This document shows positions 24,575 through 33,470 of a stretch of DNA of 37,684 nucleotides, piece by piece. The stretch is taken from contig CAYICK010000001.1 in the NCBI GenBank assembly GCA_964361905.1, positions 1-37,684 on the forward strand, given 5' to 3'. How positions within the stretch are numbered: position 1 is the stretch's first letter; each line of letters begins with the position of its first letter. A program made the translations under genes and the position numbers. Under the pieces are notes generated by a model that worked only from the letters and a program-made list of their open reading frames with translations, had not been told where the DNA came from and ran no database searches. Source of the stretch: an uncultured Candidatus Saccharibacteria bacterium (GTDB lineage Bacteria; Patescibacteriota; Minisyncoccia; Phycocordibacterales; WO2-35-19).

Positions 24575-25992
24575 AAAAAGTTTTATTGATTTATCCGACA
24601 AGTTCCATAGAAGCATTTTCACGTTCTAAAATTAGCGTTGCTATTCCGCTTATTCCCTATATTTCTTTAGCCAGTTTGGCTGGCGCCTTGCTTGCGGCAA
24701 AACAAGAAGTAAAAATTTTGGATTTGAGCGCTTCTTCCGAACCGGAACAAGAGTTTTATTCCATTATAAATGATTTTAAGCCGGATTATGCGGGTATAAG
24801 TTTTACCAGCGCCCTGAGTAAGGAAGCGGGCGAATTGGCGAAGAAAATTAAAGAGATAGATCAAAAGATTGTGGTGATTGGGGGCGGGGTTCATGCTACT
24901 ACATTGCCGGAAGAAACATTAAAAAAATACGATTTTGACATAGCGGTAGTTGGTGAAGGTGAAGAAACTATAGTTGAGATAGTCAATGGTAAAAATCTAA
25001 AGGATATTTTAGGCATTGTTTATAAAGACAAAGATGGGATTCATTCCAATTCTCGCCGGCCGCTCATTGCAAATTTGGATGATTTACCTATGCCCGCTTG
25101 GCATCTTTATAATCTGTCCAAATACCATACCCCAAGGATTAATGCCAGAAAAAACCCGGTAGGAGCGATAGAAACAAGTCGAGGGTGTCCTTTCGGTTGC
25201 TGTTTTTGCAATAAAACTGTTTTTGACAAAGTTTTTAGAGCCAAGTCGCCGAAGCGGGTCGTTGATGAAATGGAAGCAATGTTAAGCCTTGGTTTTAAGG
25301 AAATTCACATCTGGGAAGATGGTTTTTCAACCAATTTGAATAGAGCCAAAGATATTTGCCGTCTGATTATAAAGAGAGGGCTGCACTTTCCTTGGAATAT
25401 ATATAACGGAATGAGAATAGACCGTTTGGATGAGGAGTTGTTAAGGCTTCTGAAAGAGGCGGGGTGTTACCGCACCAGTATCGGTGTTGAGTCTGGCAAT
25501 GAAAAAGTTTTGTCCGGTTTGGGCAAAAATATTACTTTGAATCAGATAAGAAGGTCAGTAAAACTTATAAAAAAATCCGGTGTTGAATCGCTGGGGTTTT
25601 TTATGGTTGGTTTGCCGGGGGATACCGAAGAATCTATGCGGGATACTATTAATTTTGCCAAGGAACTGAATCTTGATTTAGCCAAGGTGGGGATTTTGAT
25701 GCCTCTCCCCGGGACGCCTGTTTTTGCGGATTGGGATAAAAAAGGGCTTATTGTTTCCAAAGATTGGTCAAAGTATATTTTCCACGCAGATATTAGTCCT
25801 GTTTATAAACACCCCAATTTGGATTACAAAACAATTCGCCGGTATTACGATAAGTTTTATCAGGAACTTTATCTCAGCCCCAAATTCATTGCAAAAAGAT
25901 TGTGGCGCGGATTGAAAACCGGCGATGTTATATGGGATGCTTATTATTTTTTAAAAACATTACCACATGGATGGTTCTCAAAAAAAGAATAA
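24571..25992 (+). CDS. B12-binding-domain radical SAM enzyme (class-B-like), paralog 3
   Basis: 473 aa. Motifs VIGGGVHATTLPEETL, AVVGEGEETIVEI and SRGCPFGCCFCNK. ATGA overlap with GT-C paralog 2. Confidence 0.88.
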   Translation: MKKVLLIYPTSSIEAFSRSKISVAIPLIPYISLASLAGALLAAKQEVKILDLSASSEPEQEFYSIINDFKPDYAGISFTSALSKEAGELAKKIKEIDQKIVVIGGGVHATTLPEETLKKYDFDIAVVGEGEETIVEIVNGKNLKDILGIVYKDKDGIHSNSRRPLIANLDDLPMPAWHLYNLSKYHTPRINARKNPVGAIETSRGCPFGCCFCNKTVFDKVFRAKSPKRVVDEMEAMLSLGFKEIHIWEDGFSTNLNRAKDICRLIIKRGLHFPWNIYNGMRIDRLDEELLRLLKEAGCYRTSIGVESGNEKVLSGLGKNITLNQIRRSVKLIKKSGVESLGFFMVGLPGDTEESMRDTINFAKELNLDLAKVGILMPLPGTPVFADWDKKGLIVSKDWSKYIFHADISPVYKHPNLDYKTIRRYYDKFYQELYLSPKFIAKRLWRGLKTGDVIWDAYYFLKTLPHGWFSKKE

Positions 25993-27397
25993 AAAGGCTG
26001 TTATCATAGGCGCAGGACCGGCTGGTCTGGCCGCAGGATACGAACTCAGTAAGCATGGGGTCGAAACTGTTATTTTGGAAAAAAGCGATTCCGTCGGTGG
26101 CTTAGCCAGAACTATCGAACATGAAGGATATCTTTTTGATGTCGGTCCTCATCGTTTTTATACCAAGAGCAAGATAGTGGGGGATTTGTGGCAAAACCTT
26201 CTGGGGCCGGATTTTTTAATTGTTCCTCGGTTGACCAGAATTTTTTACCGCAAAAAATTTTTTTCTTATCCGGTTAAACCTTTTCAAGTTTTGTTGAATT
26301 TGGGGCCAGTGACCAGTGCCTTGGTTATGATAAGTTACATAAAATCCAAAATTTCCCTCCGCAATCTCAAGCCCAAAACTTTTGAAGAATGGATAACAAA
26401 AAATTTCGGTTCGCGTCTCTTTGAAATGTTTTTTAAAACTTATACCGAAAAAGTGTGGGGTATTCCTTGTGATCAAATCGGCGCGGAATGGGCGTCGCAA
26501 AGAATTAAAAACTTGAGCTTCTGGTCAACCCTGTGGAACGCTTTTGGCAGCATAAAAGGCAAAGATGTCAAAAGTTTGATTGAAGAGTTTAATTATCCCA
26601 AGTACGGCGCGGGTATGATGTATGAAAAAATGGCGGAAGAAATAAAAAAAAATGGCGGGCAAATCCTATTTGGCGAAGATGTCAGCTCAATTGAATACAA
26701 AGATAATCAAATAATTTCTGTAACCAGCCGTGGAGCGATTGGCGGGAATAAAAAATGGCAAGCGGGTTATTTTTTTTCCAGTATGCCCATGACCGAGCTG
26801 GTTAAAAAAATGTCACCTATACCTTTGCCGGAAATTGGTAAAGCTGCAAATAGTCTTTATTTTCGGTCTCATATAGCGGTTAATTTGATAGTAAAAAAAG
26901 CAAATCCTTTCCCCGATAATTGGATATACATACACGAACCTGATATAAAAATGGCGAGACTGTCTAATTTCAAGAATTTTTCAAAGCATATGTCCAAAGA
27001 TGACAATACTCCGGTCTGCTGTGAATATTTTGTTTTTAAAGATGATGAAATGTGGCGTAAATCAGATGAAGAACTTAAAATTTTGGCCTCTAATGAACTG
27101 GAAAAATTGGGTTTTTTGGAGGAAGGCGATGTTGTGGGGGGATTTGTGGTCCGTGAAGAGTTTGCATACCCGACTTATTACATAGGGCACAAAAAACCTT
27201 TTGAAATGATTAAAAATTTTTTCAGGAAGTTTAAAAATATTACACTTATAGGACGAGGAGGCACGTACCGTTATAACAATCAGGATCACTCTTTGGAAAT
27301 GGGAATCTTGGCCGCCAGGAGTATTATTGAGAGCAAGGAATATGATTTGGATAAAATAGGGGACGAGCAAGAATATTATGAAGAACATAAAGGATAG
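25967..27397 (+). CDS. FAD/NAD(P)-binding flavoprotein oxidoreductase (amine-oxidase / UDP-galactopyranose-mutase / HemY-like superfamily)
   Basis: 476 aa with the dinucleotide-binding motif KAVIIGAGPAGLAAGYELSKHG..ILEK. It overlaps rSAM paralog 3 by 26 nt. Confidence 0.78.
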   Translation: MDGSQKKNKKAVIIGAGPAGLAAGYELSKHGVETVILEKSDSVGGLARTIEHEGYLFDVGPHRFYTKSKIVGDLWQNLLGPDFLIVPRLTRIFYRKKFFSYPVKPFQVLLNLGPVTSALVMISYIKSKISLRNLKPKTFEEWITKNFGSRLFEMFFKTYTEKVWGIPCDQIGAEWASQRIKNLSFWSTLWNAFGSIKGKDVKSLIEEFNYPKYGAGMMYEKMAEEIKKNGGQILFGEDVSSIEYKDNQIISVTSRGAIGGNKKWQAGYFFSSMPMTELVKKMSPIPLPEIGKAANSLYFRSHIAVNLIVKKANPFPDNWIYIHEPDIKMARLSNFKNFSKHMSKDDNTPVCCEYFVFKDDEMWRKSDEELKILASNELEKLGFLEEGDVVGGFVVREEFAYPTYYIGHKKPFEMIKNFFRKFKNITLIGRGGTYRYNNQDHSLEMGILAARSIIESKEYDLDKIGDEQEYYEEHKG

Positions 27398-29771
27398 AAA
27401 TAAAATTCTGGCTTTGATTTTTATCACGCTGGCTATTTATCTGCCTTTTTATTTTTGGACTATCAAAACAGCTGATCTTCAGACTGCAAATGGTTCTGCT
27501 GTTGTATTACCAGTTGTGGGAGAAGATTCTTTGGAATATAAGATATTGGCGGAAAATATGATTTCAGCTAAACAATTCTCATTGGATTCATTAGCGCCTT
27601 CTGTACTAGAGACCTTTCGTACGCCAGGTTACCCTCTTTTCCTGGCTTTTTTTAAAACAATTTTTAATAATTATTGGCTGGCGACACTTGTTCAGATCAT
27701 GCTCACGGCTTTGACGGCTGTCATTATCTTCAAAATCGGCCAAAAAATATTCAATTGGCAAACCGGATTTGTCGCCGCTCTTCTCTATATAATCGAGCCG
27801 TCTGTCATTATGCAAAGCATCCTCGTTTTATCGGATAATTTGTTTATGTTTTTATTTATACTCTTTATCTATCTCCTGTTTTTTGCGGAGAAACATCATG
27901 CCTGGTTCATTGCCGGTTCGGCTGGGGCCGTACTGGGAGTGGCCACTTTGGTCAGGCCGGTTTCGGTTTTCATACTCATTCTTCTTGCCCCGTTATATTG
28001 GCTGATTGAAAAGAAAAATATTCCTATTAAAAAAATAATACTTGTATTTGGTACTGTTGCAGTGTGTTATTTGGTAGTGGTCGTACCTTGGATGGCCAGG
28101 AATTATAAAGTGAGTCGTGTTTTCAACATCTCTTCTTTGATCGCTTTTAACCCGATTTATTACAATGTGCCGGATTTTTTGTCTTCTAAATCAAGCAAGA
28201 GTCCGGATTATTTCAGAGCGCAGCTTATAGGCGAAGCGGGTGATCTTTCGGAGAGGGAGTTGCGTTCGCTTTCAAATTCAGACAGGATTTTGGCAGTCGC
28301 TTTAAAATATATAAAAGAAGATCCTGTCGGCTATTTAAAATTCCATTTGATTAAAACTCCACCCTTCTTCTTTTCGTCAAGTATAAAAACTTTTCAAGAT
28401 TTTTCCAGCCGGCTTCTTCCGAGCAATAAAATATCTTCCGATATTCAAACCCATAAAGCCATTCTTTCCGATCTTTTTGCTAAAGGGCAGTTTGTGGATA
28501 TGTTTGGTGTCATTATGAAATCAGCCTGGTACATCACTTTTGAGAGAATATTGTGGTTAGTAATATTATTTTTATCTTTTGTTCCCTTGTTATTTAAGAA
28601 ACAAAGATTGTATGCTGTTCTTTTTCTTTCCTTAATTTTTTATTTCGCTCTGCTTACTGGCCCGGTGGCTTATGCCAGGTACAGGTTGCCGGCCGAACCT
28701 TTCATGTTTCTTTTGGCATCAATTGGAGGAGCTATGATAATAAAATATTTATATGGTATTCTGGTAATTATGAGAAAGACTCTGGGAGTGTTTACTGACA
28801 AAAATTCAGGCATATTTCACCGTTTTACGGATTTTTTTCGGGGTATCTTCATTAACACAACTGAAGACAAACGCCCCAAAATACTCATAACCGGCGGATT
28901 GGGTTTTATTTTCTCGCACGTTACGGAATATTATGTGAAAAAAGGATGGAACGTCGTTGTTATAGACAACCAATCGGAAGGCTCGCACCCGGAAATCATA
29001 GACGGATCTTTTAAATATCACAATTTTCACGTTGCAGATCCTAAAGTGGTTGATATTATTCTTAGAGAAAATCCGGATTATGTGATACACGCTGCGGCCA
29101 TATCTGATGTAGACTATTCTATTCGCGAATCGTATAGGACGCTCAAAAAAAATATAATGATGAATATAAATGTTTTTGATGCCTGCAGGCAATTAAAAAA
29201 TTTGAAGAAGTTTATTTATGTGGCAACGGATGAAGTCTATGGAGAATGCGATCACAAAAAAAGAGAAGATGAGGTCATGTCTCCCAGAAATCCATATTCA
29301 TGTTCAAAAGCGACAGGCTCTCTCATAAGGATTGCTTACGATAGTACTTATTCAGAGTTGAAGAACAAAACAGCAGAGACAAGATTTTGCAATGTATTTG
29401 GTCCAAGGCAGGATGAAAGGAAAATAATGGGGGCGATAAAAAAATCTTTAAAAACGGGCGACTCCATTCCGCTTCATAATGAAGGTACGGGTTTCCGCGA
29501 ATATATTTACGTCAAAAATATACCGCCGGCAGTTGATTTGATTTTGGAAAAAGGCAATCAAGTTTATAATGTAACTCTGAATAATGGCTATACTGTGAGG
29601 CAACTCTTGCAAAAAGTTGAGGAGGTAACCGGCAACAAAATAAATACTTACTCAAATAACCGACCAGGTATGGATATGAAATATCAAATGGACAACTCGC
29701 GCATATTGGGTCTTGGCTGGGAACCTCTCTATACGTTTGAAGAAGGATTAAAAGAATATTTATTATCATGA
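27378..29771 (+). CDS. Fusion protein: GT-C-type membrane glycosyltransferase (aa 1-~460) + NAD-dependent 4,6-dehydratase/epimerase-type SDR (aa ~490-797)
   Basis: The N-terminal multi-TM part has GEDSLEYK after TM1 and TFRTPGYPLFLAFF (PMT_2-like). The C-terminal part has KILITGGLGFIFSHV (GxxGxxG), YVATDEVYGEC and PYSCSKATG (YxxxK). One uninterrupted ORF, with an internal in-frame ATG at 28770. Confidence 0.8.
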   Translation: MKNIKDRNKILALIFITLAIYLPFYFWTIKTADLQTANGSAVVLPVVGEDSLEYKILAENMISAKQFSLDSLAPSVLETFRTPGYPLFLAFFKTIFNNYWLATLVQIMLTALTAVIIFKIGQKIFNWQTGFVAALLYIIEPSVIMQSILVLSDNLFMFLFILFIYLLFFAEKHHAWFIAGSAGAVLGVATLVRPVSVFILILLAPLYWLIEKKNIPIKKIILVFGTVAVCYLVVVVPWMARNYKVSRVFNISSLIAFNPIYYNVPDFLSSKSSKSPDYFRAQLIGEAGDLSERELRSLSNSDRILAVALKYIKEDPVGYLKFHLIKTPPFFFSSSIKTFQDFSSRLLPSNKISSDIQTHKAILSDLFAKGQFVDMFGVIMKSAWYITFERILWLVILFLSFVPLLFKKQRLYAVLFLSLIFYFALLTGPVAYARYRLPAEPFMFLLASIGGAMIIKYLYGILVIMRKTLGVFTDKNSGIFHRFTDFFRGIFINTTEDKRPKILITGGLGFIFSHVTEYYVKKGWNVVVIDNQSEGSHPEIIDGSFKYHNFHVADPKVVDIILRENPDYVIHAAAISDVDYSIRESYRTLKKNIMMNINVFDACRQLKNLKKFIYVATDEVYGECDHKKREDEVMSPRNPYSCSKATGSLIRIAYDSTYSELKNKTAETRFCNVFGPRQDERKIMGAIKKSLKTGDSIPLHNEGTGFREYIYVKNIPPAVDLILEKGNQVYNVTLNNGYTVRQLLQKVEEVTGNKINTYSNNRPGMDMKYQMDNSRILGLGWEPLYTFEEGLKEYLLS

Positions 29772-30802
29772 TTAAATTATTTAAACCGTATGTTTCTTGG
29801 TGGTCCGTGTGGAATGTCGTCAAAGTGCTCCGAGGCACTCAGCTCGCTGAAGGCCCGTTGGTTAAAGAATTTGAGAGACAATTTGCCGAAAAGTTCGGAT
29901 TGTCCAATGTGTTAGCGGTCAATTCCGGCACAGCGGCGCTTGAACTTGCTTATGAAGTTGCCGGCATAGGTCCGGGAGATGAAGTGGTCACCACGGTATT
30001 CACTTGCACAGCTACCAATATTCCGCTTATTCACCGCGGAGCAAAAATTATTTTTGCCGATATTGATTCTGATTTGAATATTTCCGTTGAAGATGTAAAG
30101 AAAAAAATTACACCCAAAACCAAAGCTATTGTTTTTGTTCATTTTGGCGGTAACAACAGGGGATTGAAAGAATTACTTGAAATTGCAAAAGAAAAGAAAA
30201 TAATTTTGATAGAAGATGCCGCTCAAGCCGTAGGCTCCGATTTTTGGGGAAAAGCCGATTTTACTTGCGTATCTCTGCAAGCTATAAAAGCGCTGACCTC
30301 GGGCGACGGCGGGATGCTTGCTTGCAAAAACATAGAACATTATAAAAAAGCAAAAAGATTGCGCTGGTTCGGGTATGACAGAGATGAGAAACAAAAAAAA
30401 GGCGACACGGACCTGCTTGAAGCCGGCTATAAATATCATATGAACGATATCACTGCCGCTATCGGACTCGGTAATATGAAAGTAATAGGTAAGATAATAG
30501 ATCACAGAAAAAAATTGATTGAAGCTTATAAAAGCCACGGCATCAAGGCTTACCCGTGGTTTGCCGTGGTGATGACGAATCGCCGTAAGGAACTTATCGC
30601 CTATCTCAAAGAGAATGGGGTAGAATCCGGCATGCACCATTACAGGAATGACCAATACACTATATTTGGCGGCAGAAAAGCATTCCTAAATATGGACGCG
30701 CTGGAAAATGATTATTTGCTTTTGCCTCTGCATATGGATGTATCGGTTAGTGACGTTTCTATGATCGCAAACCTTATTAAAGAGTTTAATAGTAAAAAAT
30801 AA
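29768..30802 (+). CDS. DegT/DnrJ/EryC1/StrS-family PLP-dependent sugar aminotransferase
   Basis: 344 aa. Motifs VNSGTAALELAYEVAG and EDAAQAVGS, and SLQAIKALTSGDGGML with the candidate PLP lysine. ATGA overlap with the upstream fusion gene. Confidence 0.85.
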   Translation: MIKLFKPYVSWWSVWNVVKVLRGTQLAEGPLVKEFERQFAEKFGLSNVLAVNSGTAALELAYEVAGIGPGDEVVTTVFTCTATNIPLIHRGAKIIFADIDSDLNISVEDVKKKITPKTKAIVFVHFGGNNRGLKELLEIAKEKKIILIEDAAQAVGSDFWGKADFTCVSLQAIKALTSGDGGMLACKNIEHYKKAKRLRWFGYDRDEKQKKGDTDLLEAGYKYHMNDITAAIGLGNMKVIGKIIDHRKKLIEAYKSHGIKAYPWFAVVMTNRRKELIAYLKENGVESGMHHYRNDQYTIFGGRKAFLNMDALENDYLLLPLHMDVSVSDVSMIANLIKEFNSKK

Positions 30803-30803
30803 T

Positions 30804-31631
30804 ATGAAAAAAATTGCAGTAATCGCAGGTGGGTGGCATTTTCCAATAGGATTTTTTGAGCAGATTGCAAACCAAAAAATTCCGGCGGGGTGGACTGCCG
30901 ATTTATTCTTGGTATCTCATAGAGATCCCTCTTACGCTATAGAAGAAAAAAAAGAAACACTTGCTAAATTGGGTTATACACGCAGAGAATTATATGACCG
31001 TATTTTGTATCGAAAAGTGGCGACTGTGGCAGATATGGAAGCGCTCGGCTGGAAATACACTTTAGAGCCCAATACTATGGGCGACTTCGGCAATACCAAT
31101 CAGTGGCTTGAAAAAAATGATTATAAACAGTATGACAAATTGCTCATAACTCATGATGATAATTTTATTTTGACTGGCAATATGTTTATGGATATCCTGC
31201 CTCAGGATGACTGGTTGATTTTAACTAATTCTACAGGTAATGCCCAGAGAAGACTCAGGCAGTATTTGGGACTGCCCAAACCATTTGGTCTCCGTGGCTC
31301 GTTTGAATTTTTCACCCGAGAAATGATGGACACTCTTGGCGGCTCTTTTGATTTGTCCCGCACGACTCTCACGAGAGAAGGCCAGTTTAATACGACCATG
31401 GACATGACGGAACTCACTGACTGGAACCAGAACGATAAGCCGCTACGCGACTTGATTATAAAAAATAATCTTTTGCCAAAAATTAAATCCCTATCTCCGT
31501 TTTATCGCATGAGCAAATATTGCTTGGAAGGCGAACGGGGATACATATTTAAAACTGAAAAAAGCAATACGAAGGAAGAGGAGAAAGGACTTGATATGAT
31601 TGAGAAATTATACGAGAAAAAACTTTCATAA
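30804..31631 (+). CDS. Hypothetical protein, no family recognised
   Basis: 275-aa ORF in an operon position between the aminotransferase and a methyltransferase. N-terminal KIAVIAGGWHFP and a central LLITHDDNF. No TM segment and no motif I can name. Confidence 0.7.
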   Translation: MKKIAVIAGGWHFPIGFFEQIANQKIPAGWTADLFLVSHRDPSYAIEEKKETLAKLGYTRRELYDRILYRKVATVADMEALGWKYTLEPNTMGDFGNTNQWLEKNDYKQYDKLLITHDDNFILTGNMFMDILPQDDWLILTNSTGNAQRRLRQYLGLPKPFGLRGSFEFFTREMMDTLGGSFDLSRTTLTREGQFNTTMDMTELTDWNQNDKPLRDLIIKNNLLPKIKSLSPFYRMSKYCLEGERGYIFKTEKSNTKEEEKGLDMIEKLYEKKLS

Positions 31632-31636
31632 TATAC

Positions 31637-32341
31637 ATGCCAGAATTTAAAAATAAAACCATGCGCGAGATTGCTCAAAATAAAAAATTTGGAGTAATCA
31701 GAAAATTGGAAAATTATTATAACGAATATGACATAATGTTTTCTCGTTTCCGGGATAATCCCATAAATCTTCTTGAGATTGGCGTCCAAAAAGGGGGGTC
31801 AATTGCCACATGGCTAGAATACTTTCCTAAAGCGCATATAGTCGGGATCGATATTGACCCGGAGTGCAAACAGTATGAGCGCGATGGCGCAAAGATTTAC
31901 ATCGGTTCGCAGGAAGATGCAAATTTTCTTAAAAAAGTTGAAAAATCAGAGGGCCCGTTTGATATCGTGATTGACGACGGGGGGCACACAATGAAGCAAA
32001 ACTTAACGACGTTTAATACATTATTTCCTCTTTTAAAAGAAGACGGAATATATGTAGTTGAAGATCTGCACACTTCATATTGGGGAAAATTTGGCGGCGG
32101 TTTGCATAAAGGGAGAACCATGATAAATAGGATAAAGCATCTGATTGATGATATGCATTATTGGGCAACCGACCACCCGCGAGTGAATATTTTTAAAAAA
32201 ATAAAACATAAACTTTCCAACACACCGCACGGTAAAGCTTCAAATGTATTTGAGGAAACTGTCAGGTCGATATACATTGCCGATAGCATATGTTTTGTGA
32301 GGAAAGGAAAAATTGATAAAGATATAACGAATAAAATATAA
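31637..32341 (+). CDS. Class I SAM-dependent methyltransferase (Methyltransf_24 / CmcI-like)
   Basis: 234 aa. Motifs LLEIGVQKGGSIATWLEYF, HIVGIDID and FDIVIDDGGHTM..DGIYVVEDL. Confidence 0.78.
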   Translation: MPEFKNKTMREIAQNKKFGVIRKLENYYNEYDIMFSRFRDNPINLLEIGVQKGGSIATWLEYFPKAHIVGIDIDPECKQYERDGAKIYIGSQEDANFLKKVEKSEGPFDIVIDDGGHTMKQNLTTFNTLFPLLKEDGIYVVEDLHTSYWGKFGGGLHKGRTMINRIKHLIDDMHYWATDHPRVNIFKKIKHKLSNTPHGKASNVFEETVRSIYIADSICFVRKGKIDKDITNKI

Positions 32342-32348
32342 ATACACA

Positions 32349-33470
32349 ATGAAATTTGCCTACATCGCAAATACCGGATTAGCCAACGAATGGGCGCATT
32401 CGGTCCAAATAATGAACATGTGCAAAGCCTTTAGTGATATAGGCGCGGATATAACACTTGTGGTTCCAAAAAGGAGTTTTTTAAAGGAAGACCCGTTTGA
32501 ATATTATAAAATACATAAAACTTTTTCTATAAAAAAATTACCCTGTATTGATTTGCTGGTTGGCAGCCCGCACCCGCTTTTCTACTGGCTTCGATTAGTT
32601 TCTTTTTATATTTCAGCTAGATTTTATATATGGTTTAAGCATTTTGATATCCTGTACTCCAGAGATTTGTATTCAGCATTATTTTTTCCGGGCATTATTT
32701 TGGAACAGCATTCGTTCCCAAAGGAAATATCGCTCCAACATAAATTTATGTTTTCTTTGGCAGAAAAGCTGGTAGTGCTCACTTCGTTTATAAAGGATAG
32801 ATTTGTTACTGTAGGTGTGCTGGCCGGCAAAATCCTCGTTGCCTCTGACGGGGTGGATTTGGATAAGTTTAAAAATTATTCCAGCCACTTTGAAATCGGA
32901 GGCCTTTCGGAAAAAGATTTTGTGTATGGTTACATAGGCACATTAAAAACTATGGGCACAGAAAAGGGAGTAGCCGATGGCCTGCAGGCCCTCAAAAAAC
33001 TTCCATCGGAGTATAAATTTTTAGTTATAGGAGGTGAAAAACCGGACGTTGAGTATTATAAAGACATGTCTCTTAAATTAGGCGTTTTCGGCAGGGCGAT
33101 TTTTATCGGCCAGGTTGCTTATTCCGATATTCCAAAATATGCTTCAAAATGCGATGCGCTCATCGCGCCTTTTCCAAAGAATGAACATTATAGTTTTTAT
33201 ATGTCACCACTCAAAATTTTTGAATATATGGCCGGTAAAAAGCCTATTATAACTACGGATTTGCCATCGCTTAAAGAAGTGCTAACTGACGGAAAAAACG
33301 CTCTGTTGGTGCCTCCTGGCGATCCACAGGCTCTGGCAGACGCCATTATAAAAATCAAAGGAAATCCCGAATATGGCAAGAAACTGGCTGAGAGGGCTTA
33401 CCGGGACGTATCGGAAAAATATACTTGGAAAACAAGGGCAGAAAAAATTATCTCGTTTATACAATCTTAA
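32349..33470 (+). CDS. GT-B fold glycosyltransferase, family 4-like
   Basis: 373 aa. Motifs YIGTLKTMGTEKGV and SPLKIFEYMAGKKPIITTDLPSLKEVL. Confidence 0.82.
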   Translation: MKFAYIANTGLANEWAHSVQIMNMCKAFSDIGADITLVVPKRSFLKEDPFEYYKIHKTFSIKKLPCIDLLVGSPHPLFYWLRLVSFYISARFYIWFKHFDILYSRDLYSALFFPGIILEQHSFPKEISLQHKFMFSLAEKLVVLTSFIKDRFVTVGVLAGKILVASDGVDLDKFKNYSSHFEIGGLSEKDFVYGYIGTLKTMGTEKGVADGLQALKKLPSEYKFLVIGGEKPDVEYYKDMSLKLGVFGRAIFIGQVAYSDIPKYASKCDALIAPFPKNEHYSFYMSPLKIFEYMAGKKPIITTDLPSLKEVLTDGKNALLVPPGDPQALADAIIKIKGNPEYGKKLAERAYRDVSEKYTWKTRAEKIISFIQS

